From Mobula hypostoma (taxonomy: Eukaryota), in NCBI RefSeq assembly GCF_963921235.1, contig NC_086097.1:4774001-4838000 (forward strand): a stretch of 64,000 nt of DNA, written 5' to 3'. Positions 38,328 to 50,314 of this stretch are shown one piece after another (the stretch's first letter is position 1; each line of letters starts with the position of its first letter). The notes beneath the pieces are model-generated. The model did no database searches. It was not told the DNA's origin and was given only the letters and a program-made list of their open reading frames with translations. The translations under genes and the position numbers were made by a program.

Positions 38328-38974
38328 GAATAAAATCCACAAAGTCAATGGCAGTGAGAAGATTATTTGAGATGTGACATCCTCTGCTGAATAAAATCTA
38401 AGAAGAAAACAGGGTAAAGGAAAGGGGTAGTTACGTTACTAAGCCATGAGGAGCAAGGTAACTATTTGGACAGATACATTGAAGTTTGCATTGTGCGTGG
38501 CAACTTTATACATGGGTCTCTGGCTCTGCTATTCTATCTCCCAGCTGGTCCAAAGCACAGGATAAGATGAAAGATGCTATTATGAAGGGACACGATATGC
38601 AGAACTATGCCAAAGGAACATCTGTGTGTATGAGGCATAATGGCTTTAGGTTAGGTTATTGGTTTAGAATCTAGTGGCTTGGACCATGGAACTGCAGATA
38701 GACCCATGGTGGTAGTTTCAGAACTTGAATTCAAATTAATTTGAAAAAAGCAACTGCTACCAACAAGGATAAAGAAGCAACTACCACTCTGTAATATCCT
38801 TTGTGGGAGGAAAAGTGCAGTCCTTATTTGCTTTAATCTAAATGTGACACCAGATAAACTGAAGTTGTTGATACTAAACAACCTCCCATATCCAGCAGCT
38901 TGGCTGGAGAGGGCAGTGAGAGACCATCAGTACTCGCTTTGACACCTTGGCCAAAGTTAATAACTTCATTGAAG

Positions 38975-39290
38975 GATGCAATGCTGAGAGTTATAAGGCA
39001 CTGGGCAGGCCATATTTAGAGTATTGCGAGCAGTTTTAGGCTCCTTCGCTAAGAAGAGATGTACTGACATTGGAGAGGGTCCAGAGGTTTATATATGAGG
39101 AGTGTTTGAGAGCTTTGGGCATGCGCTTGCTGGAGTTCAGAAGGATGTGGGGGAGGGGAATCTCATTGAAACTTGTTGTACGTTGCAAGGCTTAGGTAGA
39201 GTGGATGTGGAGAGGACGTTTCCTATTTTGGGGAATCAAGGACCAGAGGGTTCAGCCTCAGAACAGAGTGACGTCCATGTAGAATTTCAG
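38975..39290 (+). mobile_element. CR1 RT C-terminal fragment
   Basis: Decayed LYKALxRPxLEYCxQF...DVERTFP. Confidence 0.75.
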
Positions 39291-39900
39291 ACTTCAGTTG
39301 AGTATTTTTGAAATGCCTTTCAAAATCTTTTTGTGGAATGACTGCAACAGCCGAGGCGATGTCCAATTCCATTTTAATTAATTTGCTGATCACTTCTGGT
39401 GCTATTTTGCTTGTCTCATTTTAGTTTTCATGTTGTAAATCTCAAGGCTACTAAGTCCTGTGTCACTCTCATCATTATCAGATTTTTCACTAAAAGCATG
39501 CAAATTAGTGCTCTTCTCGGAAGTGCAACTTGACTCTTTATCTTTTCCTCTTCCCTGTGCAGTCCACTTATTTTTGTCTGCCTGGTATGCTCTTTGTACT
39601 TGTCCTACTTTTTCTGCATTTTCTGCAGATTTTGCCTTTAAACCTGCCTTGGTCTGGTGTATGTGAGCCCCTGCCACGACAGTAACACAATTTGTTTGGC
39701 TGGGCTGCTTTCAGTCTAGACATTGCAAGTTTGTTCACATTCACTTTCATTCTTGACTACAACTCAATTGCATCTGTCTGTGGTTTCCATCGATACATCT
39801 ATTTCAAATGCTCTTTTAAATGTGAGTTGTGCTTCTGTTAGAAGTTGTTCTTGAAAGTTTTCTTGTACGGTTCTACAAGTTAAAATAGATGGGACAGAGT
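39290..39900 (-). mobile_element. Gypsy gag zinc-knuckle and protease remnant
   Basis: CYCRGRGSHTPDQGRFKGKICRKC; minus strand at about 39335-39372 reads MELDIASAVAVIP (decayed DTG site). Confidence 0.7.
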
Positions 39901-40238
39901 TTGTCAAACATGTTCAAGAAAATTTCATTTATCCGTATATAAAAGTCCCAATGAACGAGCGTGTGATATTGGATTTGCTCTCAGGATTTGAGACAGGGCA
40001 GGTGTCAGGGGTTTGTGTAGGGGAACACTGCATCCATTTTTTTACAATGCCATTAGTTTCAAAGTACATATACAAAAAGATAGGTCTGATCCACAGGTTG
40101 AGATTGTAAATTGGAGAAAGGCCAATTTTGATGGTATCAGACATGATCTGGCAAGTGTGGATTGGGACAGGCTGTTTTCTGGTAAAGGTGTACTTGGTAA
40201 GTTGGAGACCTTCAAAAACAAAATTTTGAGGGTACAAA

Positions 40239-40646
40239 TTGGGCAGCCTCCAGCCTGATGGCATGAACATTGATTTCTCAAACTTCCGGTAATGCCCCCC
40301 CCACCCCTTCAACACTTCCCATCCCCTTTTCCCTCTCTCACCTTATCTCCTTGTCCACCCATCGCCTCCTCTGGTGCTCCTCCCCCCTTCCCCCCTTCTT
40401 TCTTCTTTCTTCCATGACCTTCTGTCACCAGTCAACTTCCCAGCTCTTTACTTCATCCTTTCCCCTCCAGGTTTCACCTATCACCTGATGTTTCTCTCTC
40501 TCGTCCCCCACCTTTTAAATCTACTCCTCAGTTTTTTCTCTCCAGTCCTGCCGAAGAGCTTCGGCTCAAAACATCGATTGTACTCTTTTCCATTGATGCT
40601 GCTGGCCTGCTGAGTTCCTCCAGCATTTTGTGTGCGTTGCTCTTGT
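40239..40646 (+). mobile_element. Penelope-like 3' end with decayed hammerhead
   Basis: LGSLQPDGMNIDFSNFR stop; CAGTC-CTGCCGA-AGAGCTTCGGCTC-AAAACATC-GATTG; TSD TTTTGAGGGTACAAA. Confidence 0.85.
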
Positions 40647-40654
40647 TTTTGAGG

Positions 40655-41302
40655 TGTAAGGGTTTTTGCCCTCCTGACCCCCTGTTGCCTAGGGTAAATA
40701 GCCGTTGACCCTGCCAAACAGTGCAATCACTTAGGTGCAGATAAGGTGCGAGTCGCCCAATGAACAGCCACAACACAAATATGAAAGCAATATACCAAGC
40801 GCGAGTAAAGAATTTTACTTTACTTTTTAATTTTTGGTGATGGGTTAGTAGAAATTACTACAAAAAACTAGGCCCCACATAAGTAACTTATCAGTCTTGT
40901 GCACATAATATTTTAATACGTTGGCGATCACGCCTCCGATTCCATCCGCAACGTCCTTCCGAGACTCCGGCCACCCTCCGAACACCCGAGGTCCGGTATC
41001 TGCTGCCCTGGAACCGCTGTCCGTTCCTCACACGTCCGTCCTCTCCGCTCACCTCCCGAAAAGCCCCGCGCTCCTCAACTCAGCACACATATACAAGATA
41101 GCAGAACATGACTTCCATTGGCTAACAAATGAATACAACTTCCATTATCTCCCTGTGTAACCCAGACATTGCAGTTACAGAGAACCCCTTGCTCAGCAGT
41201 TAACAGTACAAGAAACCATTTTAATATAACACTTCAGAGAAGCCATTTTGGTAATAAGCGATCAACAGTTAACAGTCCACCTAGTATACTGAGAGCCCTA
41301 CA
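40655..41302. mobile_element. Solo LTR (648 bp)
   Basis: TGTAAGGG...CCCTACA termini; 4-bp TSD GAGG (40651-40654, 41303-41306). Confidence 0.85.
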
Positions 41303-41335
41303 GAGGGTACAAAGCTTGGGTGTGCCTGTCAGAAT

Positions 41336-44117
41336 CATCATCATAGCTTGTCATACCCCAGACAGCCAGCCACTCTAGTGTTGTTTGGTTGATGTTGAGC
41401 AGGTCAGTGTCAGCTAAATCAGGTGAGAGTGGGCAGTTGTGCATGACGTGTTCAATGTTCTGCACCCTTTCGCCACACTCACAGGATTCGCTGGTCTTTA
41501 AACCCCACTTCACCATATTGTCTCCCGTCCTACAAACTCCCGCTCTCGCTCTGTTGAGAGCGCACCACTTCCGTCTGTCAAGCAGTGCCCCGTCTGGTAA
41601 CATTTCTGTGGGGTCTTGCACTGTATTGTTTGGTGGGATTCTGGCTTCTGTTTGTGGCCAGAGATCAATCTTGTATATTTGGGGGGGATGTTCCGTGCGG
41701 TAGTTCCTCCACTGTAGCAAAGCTTTTCCTCGAGTTTAGGCGGTTGGAAACTGGCACATGACGATGTAGTGGGTGCCGTGGATCCGAGTTCTGTTTACCT
41801 TTTTAAATTTTTGTTATAGTGTGTCTTTGGATCTCTGGGGTGCGATGCCTGCAAGTCTGTAGGGACATTAGTAGGTGTGGGGCGCAGTGTGCCCGTGATT
41901 ATTTGGTAGGCTTCGTTAAGCAACGGGTCTATTTTTTTCGCATGTGCACACAGGTGCAGGGTATTCTGCAGGTGCATAGCAGAGTGCTAGGGCAGTTGAT
42001 CTAAGTGTGTGAGCATTAGCTCCCCATTTCATACGTGCTAATATTCTCAGGAGAGAATTGCAAGAGCCAACTTTCCCTCGGAGTTTTTGGATGTGGGTGG
42101 CAAATGGGAGCGTCCTATCCAGTGTCACGCCCAGGTAAATTGGAGTCGGATGGTGTTTGAGCTCCTTCCCACACCAGAAGATCTGGAGTTTCCGAGCTGC
42201 TTCTCAATCCCTCAGGTGGAATACACACACCTGAGTTTTTGATGGATTTGGGTTTAGGGACCATTTTTCATAATACCACTTCATTGCTCCGAGGACTGTT
42301 GTAAGTCGTACTTCAACTTCTTGGAAGAGGTTAGCTTGTGTTGCTATGCATAGGTTGTCTGCATTGATAAACCTGCATGTGTTAGGAAAGGTTGGTTGGT
42401 CGTTTGTGTAGACATTAAATAGAGATGCCAGGACTGATCCCTGTGGTAGTCCATTCTTTTGTGGATGCCACCTACTCTTAGTTCCATTCATTTCTACATA
42501 AATTCTATGATTTTCTAGGAGGCTTCTTATTACTTTGACTGTGGTTTTGTTCTTTAACATTTTAGAGTTTATAGAGAGTGCAGAGCAAGGAAATTGGTCT
42601 GTAGTTTTTAAAAATGTTGGGGTCTTTATTGGGTTTTAGGAGAGCAACAACTTTGGCTCTTCTCCACTTTTTAGGTATCTTTAATGATCTTCGGCAAAAG
42701 GGGACAGAAGCCAGTGGAGTGCTTTAGGTCCAAGATGTTTAAGGAATTCATTAAGAATCCCATCTATGCCAGCAGCTTTGTTGGATTTTAGCTGTGATAC
42801 TTTATCCTTTAATTCTTCTAGGGTGAGAGGTGGGAAGTTGACTCCATCTCCTGATGTTGTTTTTTTCTTTTGCCTCCCCTCCTTGTTATTTGGTCGACCA
42901 TTTAGTATCAGTTGGTGGACAACCTGATTAGGTGTTACGGCAGAAATTTTCTGTGGTGGTCTATTGTCTGAGTTGAGTTTCTGGACAGTTGCCCATGCCT
43001 TCTTACTGTTCTTGGTCATGCCTGTGTTTTCTATCAGTTTCTGCCAACACTGTTGTCTCTCTTGGCTCAGTAGGGACAGAACTGACTCTCCCATTTCAAT
43101 TGTGTCTTGACTAAATGGGCCTTGTTCGTATAAGTTGACATACACATCATAACTTTGCTTGATATCACTAGTCAATCCCTGAGTATATTTGGTTCTGCAG
43201 CCTCTAGGTATGTTCTGCTGTGCTACTTTCCTGATTAGTCAGACAAATTCATCATAATGATCAGGTTCTGGTGGTATGGTATCAATAAGTTGATCAAAGG
43301 ATTCTGCGAAAGATGTCCAATTCGCTTTTCTCAGGTTAAATCTTGGTAGTTACTTTGATGGTACAGGTCTCAGAATTGGAAGGGATTCTACCTGGACTGG
43401 ATGGTGTTGGGATTTGGGTATATGTTGGAGGACTGTTCGTGTGAAGAGGTTGGAGCTTGCCGAGGTAACAAAGGCAAGGTCTGGGTTGTATCCTTTTCTC
43501 CATCTGGCACTTGTGAAGGTAGGGGTGTCCTTTGACTCGTATAGTAGCTCAAGGCTGTTGTTTAGAGCCCATGATACAACTTCTTCTCCATTTGCATCAT
43601 CATCTTCGTATCCCCAGTTGGTGCTATGGCTATTAAAGTCACCAATAATGAGGTACATTTTGTCCTGGAGATCTAGGTTAGGTAGCCACATGAATGGTTC
43701 ATTAGAGGTTTGTAGACCAAGATGATATTTATGTGTTTTGTTTGAACTTTCAGAAGTTCCATTGAGCCAGCTTGGATGTTTGCTGTGCTCATTACTATAG
43801 ATCTATCTTTAGCAAAGATTGCACTGCCATAGGGGTGTCAATAGCCAAGTGCATTCCTGGCACATAGGGTTGGTTGTCCAGCCTATGAGTCTCTTGTATG
43901 TACAAGATGTCCGGTTTAAGTTTGCCAGGATTTCTGCTTTACTGTGGCTGAAGCCTTCGAAGTTGTGGATAACGATTGTCATGGTCTCCAGTGGGCCGAG
44001 GGTTTATCCTTTTACCACCCACTGGATCACTTGGTCTGGCGCGTAATGACAGGATTGGTCTCCTTTCGGATTAACAGCGTCACGGCGTGAACGTTCCTGA
44101 CTCGACCCCCCCCCCCC
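41336..44117 (-). mobile_element. Vingi/Ingi-type LINE with both ends present, ORF disrupted
   Basis: ATG at 43982 (MTIVIHNFEG), IGDFNSHSTNWGY, SARWRKGYNPDLAF, KAAGIDGI, QKNGLPQGSVLA, WGANAHTLRSTALALCY, CECG...HVMHNC; no RNase H seen; (ATG)n tail; 8-bp TSD GTCAGAAT (41328-41335, 44118-44125). Confidence 0.85.
44048..44110 (-). ncRNA. HDV/CPEB3-like ribozyme at the Vingi 5' terminus
   Basis: P1 GGGGTC/GACGCT, P2 CAGGA/TCCTG, P3 ACG/CGT, L3 TTCACGC, J1/4 GT, P4 TCC-GAAA-GGA, J4/2 CCAA. Confidence 0.75.
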
Positions 44118-44392
44118 GTCAGAATAAAAGGTAAAGATAACAGGTGTAGGGAGCCTTGATTTTCAAGAGATACTGAGGCCCTGGTTAAGAGCAGAAAGGA
44201 GGTACAAAGCAGGTATGGGCAGGTAGGAACAGTTGAGGAGCTTATGGAGTACAAGAAATGCAAGAGAATACTTTGGAAAGAAATCAGGAAGGCGCCCACC
44301 TGGAGTGCAGAGTATAGTTGTGGTTTCCTTTAAAGGGTGAGGGAGGGGTTGGGATGAACTCACCTTTGAGACAGATGAAGATTGATGAGCTC

Positions 44393-45672
44393 GAGTGCCA
44401 CAGTAGCATAGTGCTTAGTACATAGTAGCCATACTTTACTTTATTGATCCCGGGGGAAATTGGTTTTCGTTTACAGTTGCACCATAAATAATAAATAGTA
44501 ATAAAACCATAAATAGTTAAATAGTAATATGTAACTTATGTCAGGAAATAAGTCCAGGACCAGCTTATCGGCTCAGGGTGTCTGACCCTCCAAGGGAGGA
44601 GTTGTAAAGTTTGATGGCCACAGGCAGGAATGACTTCCTATGACGCTCAGTGTTGCATCTCGGTGGAATGAGCCTCTGGCTGAATGTACTCCTGTGCCCA
44701 CCCAGTACATTATGTAGTGGATGGGAGACATTGTCCAAGATGGCATGCAACTTAGACAGCATCCTCTTTTCAGACACCACCGTGAGAGAGTCCAGTTCCA
44801 TCCCCACGACATCACTGGCCTTACGAATGAGTTTGTTGATTCTGTTGGTGTCTGCTACCCTCAGCCTGCTGCCCCAGCACACAACAGCAAACATGACAGC
44901 ACTGGCCACCACAGACTCGTAGAACATCCTCAGCATTGTCTGGCAGATGTTAAAGGACCTCGGTCTCCTCAGGAAATAGAGACGGCTCTGACCCTTCTTG
45001 TAGACAGCCTCAGTGTTCTTTGACCAGTTCAGTTTATTGTCAATTCGTATCCCCAGGTATTTGTAATCCTTCACCATGTCCACACTGACCTCCTGAATGG
45101 AAACAGGGGTCACCGGTACCTTAGCTCTCCTCAGGTCTACCACCGGCTCCTTAGTCTTTTTCACATTAAGCTGCAGATAATTCTGCTCACACCATGTGAC
45201 AAAGTTTCCTACCGTAGCCCTGTACTCAGCCTCATCTCCCCTGCTGATGCATCCAACTATGGCAGAGTCATCAGAAAACTTCTGAAGATGACAAGACTCT
45301 GTGCAGTAGTTGAAGTCCGAGGTGTAAATGGTGAAGAGAAAAGGAGACAAGACAGTCCCCTGTGGAGCCCCAGTGCTGCTGATCACTCTGTCGGACGTAC
45401 GACACTATTACAGCCTGAGGCATCAGAGTTCGGCCTTCAATTCTGGTGCCATCTTGAAGGAATTTAGATGTCCTCCCCATGAACACATAGGTTTCCCCGG
45501 GTACTTTGGTTTCTTTCCACATTGCCAACGATGTACTGGTTAGTACGTTAATTGGTCATTAAATTGTCCTGTGATTAAGCTAACATTAAATAGGTGGGTT
45601 GCTGTGTGGTGGGGGGTTCATTGGACTGGAAGAGCCTGTTCCACTCTGTATCTCGAAATAATGAAAATAAAA
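44393..45672 (+). mobile_element. tRNA-derived V-SINE-like element split by a LINE
   Basis: A-box-like head at 44395-44421 resumes at 45401; B-box-like TTCAATTC; V-domain-like ggtttccccgggtactttggtttctttccaca; AAATA tail. Confidence 0.7.
44422..45396 (-). mobile_element. Young Rex1/Babar-group LINE (second family), 5'-truncated
   Basis: Uninterrupted 273-aa ORF: GAPQGTVLSPFLFTIYTSD, KFSDD, YKYLG, SFLPVAIKLYN; GTAC at 44418-44421 and 45397-45400. Confidence 0.9.
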
Positions 45673-46044
45673 TAAAGTAAAGTAGATTTATGTGTAAGGT
45701 TTTGTCACATGATTTGGCAGAATGGATCCGTGAAGATCAAAAGCAAACTGCAGATACTTGGATCTGAAATGTAAAATAACAAGCACTAAGCATTCTATTT
45801 AGTACATACTGTACCTGACGTCTGAATTTTGAGTTCATTGGATCCAATGAATCTATGAAGGGACTGACAGAAATCCCACCAGAATGAGCATTCTTTCAGT
45901 TCTGGCATTTTTCAAATCTTTTTGCCACTCTTCCACTGGAGCTAATGAAAACAAGGGAGAGGCTCCAGAAGACTTCAAAATCATTTTTCCTCAAAATAAA
46001 CCAGCAATTAATGAGAGAGGAAACATGATGATATGTTTTTGATG

Positions 46045-46457
46045 GATCTGGGCCTGTACTCACTGGGGTTTAGAAGAATGAGAGAGATCATTGAATATTG
46101 AAAGGCTTAGATAAAGTGGACGTGGAGAGGATGTTTCAGATTGTGGGGGAATCTAGGACCAGAGGGCACAGCTTCAGAATAGAGGGACATCCATTGAAAT
46201 CAGAAATGAGGAGAAAATTTCTTCAGCCACAGGATGGTGAATCTGTGGAATTCTTTGCCACAGATGGTTATGGAGCCAAGGCATTGGATATATTTGAAGC
46301 CAGGTTTGATAGATTCTTGATTCATCCGCGTGTCAAAGGTTACAGGGAGAAGGTAGGAGAATAAGGTTGAGAGGGAAAATAAATCAGCCATGATGGATTG
46401 GTGGAGCAGACTTGATGGGCCGAATGCCTGCTTCTGTTTCTCTGACTTATGGTCTTA
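46045..46457 (+). mobile_element. CR1 3' fragment
   Basis: KGLDKVDVERMF...SRTRGHSFRIEG; tail CTTATGGTCTTA. Confidence 0.85.
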
Positions 46458-46591
46458 AAATCAGATGCAAACAGTGAATAAAAATCTCATGTTATTTAAT
46501 GCATGAGGTATACAAGTAGGAAAAGGCAATGTGTCCCCTCTGGCCTTCACCTCCATTCAATAAGGACAGTCAGCCTGATGACTATACATCA

Positions 46592-47611
46592 GGGAGTATA
46601 GTGAGAGGGACAGAGGGAGAAAAAGGAGAGAGAAAAAAAAAAGAGAATAATAAATAAATAAATAAATAAATAAATAAATGATGGATGGGGTACGAGGGGG
46701 AGGTGGGGCATTAGCGGAAGTTAGAGAAGTCAATGTTCATACCATCAGGTTGGAGGCTACCCAGACGGAATATAAGGTGTTGTTCCTCCAACCTGAGTGT
46801 GGCTTCATCTTTACAGCAGAGGAGGCCGTGGATAGACATGTCAGAATGGGAATGGGACGTGGAATTAAAATGTGTGGCAACTGGGAGATCCTGCTTTTTC
46901 TGGCGGACAGAGCGTAGGTGTTCAGCAAAGTGGTCTCCCAGTCTGCGTCGGGTCTCGCCAATATATAGAAGGCCACAAAGGGAGCACCGGACGCAGTATA
47001 TCACCCCAGCCGACTCACAGGTGAAGTGTTGCCTCACCTGGAAGGACTACCTGGGGCCCTGAATGGTGGTGAGGGAGGAAGTGTAAGGGCATGTGTAGCA
47101 CTTGTTCCGCTTACAAGGATAAGTGCCAGGAGGGAGATCAGTGGGGAGGGATGGGGGGGTCATGAATGGATAAGGACGTACCCCATCCGTTATTTTTTTA
47201 TATATACACACACACACACACACACATATATATATTCTTTTTATCTCTCTCCTTTTTCTCCCTCTGTCCCTCTCACTATACTCCTTGCCCATCCTCGGGC
47301 TTTCCCCCCTCCTTTTCTTTTTCCCTAGGCCTCCTGTCGCGTGATCCTCTCATATCCCTTTTGCCAATCAACTGTCCAGCTCTTGGCTCCATCCCTCCCT
47401 CTCCTGTCTTCTCCTACCATTTCGGATCTCCCCCTCCCCCTCCCACTTTGAAATCTCTTACTAGCTCTTCCTTCAGTTAGTCCTGACGAAGGGTCTCGGC
47501 CCGAAACATCGACTGTACCTCTTCCTAGAGGTTCTGCCTGGCCTGCTGTGTTCACCAGCAACTTTTATATGCGTTGCTTGAAATTCCAGCATCTGCAGAT
47601 TTCCTCGTGTT
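46592..47611 (-). mobile_element. Penelope-like element: minus-strand GIY-YIG segment (46592-47175) joined to an inverted plus-strand pLTR (47176-47611)
   Basis: ORF 46711-47037 GVIYCVRCSLCGLLYIGET; 46592-46632 is the reverse complement of about 47245-47284; possible TSD TCAGG. Confidence 0.9.
47478..47515 (+). ncRNA. Minimal hammerhead ribozyme with one stem III substitution
   Basis: TAGTC-CTGACGA-A-GGG(TCTCGG)CCC-GAAA-CA-TC-GACTG. Confidence 0.65.
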
Positions 47612-48354
47612 CAGGTTTAAATACACTGGTTGGTCATACATTAGGTTTAGTAGGGGGGTTTTTTCCCACTATTGAAGTGGGAAATCACATACAAGGAATC
47701 ACATACACCTATTGGTCAATCAGATGGTTAACAATGTCCCTGCCTGAAGAATATTACTGAACCAAAAGGGTTTGCTTAACTCAACAGCACTTGCATGATT
47801 AGCCTGGCTGATGACTGCTTCATATTCCAGATTTATTTCATTAGTTGAGTTTAAATTGCCCAGGTACTATGATGGGATTCAAACTTGTGCCTCTAGATCA
47901 GTGACCCAGAGTTCTGCTTATCCAGACTCCTAACCATTCCAGTAGCATACTGCACACTACAAGTACAAAGTGGCTCAAGAATTTTTACCCTGAAGTGTTT
48001 TCTGATCTTTAACCTTGAATTTAATTTATGATCTGTGCTGTTGCTCAATGGTTTCTTGCCAGTGATTCAGTGTGTTCGAGTCACTCTTCACATACAAGCC
48101 TAAAAGCATTCAGTTAAAAATGTAGCCCAGGGGACAGTGAAGCCACTGCTGGAAGTACAGGACTTGTTCAGCCCTGGCCATGCCTGCTCGCTAAAGCAAA
48201 CAAAACATCGCATGGAATTACTTTCAAAAGAGCAGAATGATCTTCTATTGTGCATCACAAAATTAATCAATCTTACTAAATCGGATTAGCTGAATTTTTA
48301 TTATTTTGCTGGCTGTGGGAGCTAGCTGTGTACAAGATTGGCAGTCTTATTTTA

Positions 48355-48985
48355 TGTATCACCCAAGACTTGCCCTCTTTTCATTGCTATCATCATGGAA
48401 GAGGTACAGGAGCCTGAAGACACACACTCAACATTTCAGGAACAGATTCTTCCCCTCCGTAATGAGACTTCTGAATGGACAACAAACCCATGAACATTAC
48501 CTCACTACTTTTGTTATCTTTTGCACTACTTATTTAATTTAATCTGATATGTATATATTATTGTAATTTATAGTTTTTTTATATGTGTTGCACTGCACAC
48601 AGGTGTAAAGGAGAAGAAAATCATTGTTACTCTGGATCCAATGTAGCCCAAAAAACACAATGAGATAAAGAACACAATGATAAAAAGCACAATAAATATA
48701 AATACATAAAATAGCTTCTATACATTGATTGTATGCCCATAAAGGCATGCTAGGCAGAGGAGTGTCTGTTTGAAATGATAAAGTAGTGGTGGTTGGGGGT
48801 GTGGAGGGGTGGGTTAGTGGGTGGATGTGTTGATCAGTCTTACTGCTTGAGGAAAGTAACTGTCTGGAGGTCCTGGTGCAGATGCTACGGAGCCTCCTCC
48901 CTGATGGGAGTGGGACAAACAGTCCATGAGCAGGGTGGGTGGGATACTTCATCCTTTTGGGCACCTTTCTGTACATATATCCTCA
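48355..48985. mobile_element. Two Rex1-group 3' remnants in opposite orientation
   Basis: Plus strand KRYRSLKTHTQHFRNRFFP; minus strand HPAHGLFVPLPSGRRLRSI. Confidence 0.7.
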
Positions 48986-49009
48986 CCTCACAATGACATC
49001 AAGCTTCAA

Positions 49010-50310
49010 AAGCATTGATCGACAGAGGGATCTTGGAGTCCAAGTCCATCACTGCCACGACTGCAACATAAATAGATAGACTGGTCAAAAAACAGAATTT
49101 GGGTTATATTCATCGGTCAGGCCAAAGAGATCAGGAAGAATGTTGTAGTTGTATAAAACTTAATAGTATTGTGTGGAGTTCTGGGCACCCCATTGCAGGA
49201 CGGATGTAGAGGTTTTGGAGAGGATGTACAAGAGGTTCATCAGAATGGATTCAAGTTCAAGTTCAAGATTAATTCAACCATACATAGTTTGAATTTTGCA
49301 GATTTTTCTACATCTACTGCGTGAAAAATATTTTTGTCAAGTTCAAATTGGACCAAGTCAAGTACACGTATAATTGTAATCGTTTTAGAAACATAGAAAC
49401 ATAGAAAATAGGTGCCGGAGTAGGCCATTCGGCCCTTCGAGCCTGCACCGCCATTTATTATGATCATGGCTAATCATCCAACTCAGAACCCCACCCCAAA
49501 CCAATACAACCAAACAAAAGTGTTGCTCCGTGACCACGGTGTAAAACACCGTACCATCAGTCACACAGCACAATGCGCATATAGTATCATATAATTACGA
49601 TAGCAGAAAAATGTACAGTTACAAAACAAAGAATATTAGACCAAATCCCTGAGACCAATGGCCTAGAGATTGGCGGTACATGGGACGTTGTCCTGAATTA
49701 GAGGATGTTAGCTAGAAGGAGAGGCAGGGCACATTTGGATTATTTTTCTTGGAGCGCTGTTTGCTGAAGGGAGACCTGATAGAGGTTATAAAATTATGAG
49801 AGGTGTAGATGGGGCACACAGTTAAAGATGTTTTCCCATAGTAAACATGTAGACAAGGAGAGGACACAGAAAATGCATAAAGAAGATATTGGGTCAAGTT
49901 TTCTTTACACAGTTTGGTAATGTGTTGAAATGGGCAGTCAGGTGCAGTGGTTGAAGTGATATGATAGTGGCGTGTAAGAGGCTTTTAAATAACCACATGA
50001 ATATGCAGGGAATGGATGGATATGGACCATGCGTACTGCCACTATCAGGGACGAGGCACAGGGGGCTGAAGAGACACACTCAATGTTTTAGAAACAGCTT
50101 CTTCCCCTCCACCATCAGATTTCTGAACGGACAATGAACCCATGTATACTACCTCACTACATTTTTTGCTCTCCTTTTGCACAAATTATTTATATATGTA
50201 TTCTAATTGTAATTTATAGATCTTTATTATTATATTGCATTGTATTGATGCTGTAAAACAATAAATTTCATAACATATGTCAGTGATATTAAACCTGATT
50301 TTGATTCTGA
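49010..50310 (+). mobile_element. Mosaic of old CR1 pieces (49010-49240, 49710-50035), a minus-strand CR1 tail (49387-49500) and a Rex1 3' end (50035-50310)
   Basis: Family-typical decayed coding remnants and tails. Confidence 0.6.
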
Positions 50311-50314
50311 AACG

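Larger units (their letters stand above)
39945..44295 (+). mobile_element. CR1 fragment hosting three nested insertions
   Basis: [29 protein letters not shown] to 40238; continues at 41307-41335 and 44118-44295. Confidence 0.8.

Noticed and set aside
43983..44015. 2A ribosome-skipping peptide (AACCCTCGGCCCA resembles NPGP), as known in some Ingi elements
   Set aside because: Needs a frameshift, has no D(V/I)ExNPGP upstream, and an in-frame TAA precedes it
44393..45450. tRNA gene (also 54908-54987)
   Set aside because: Degenerate SINE head followed by a V-domain; no cloverleaf
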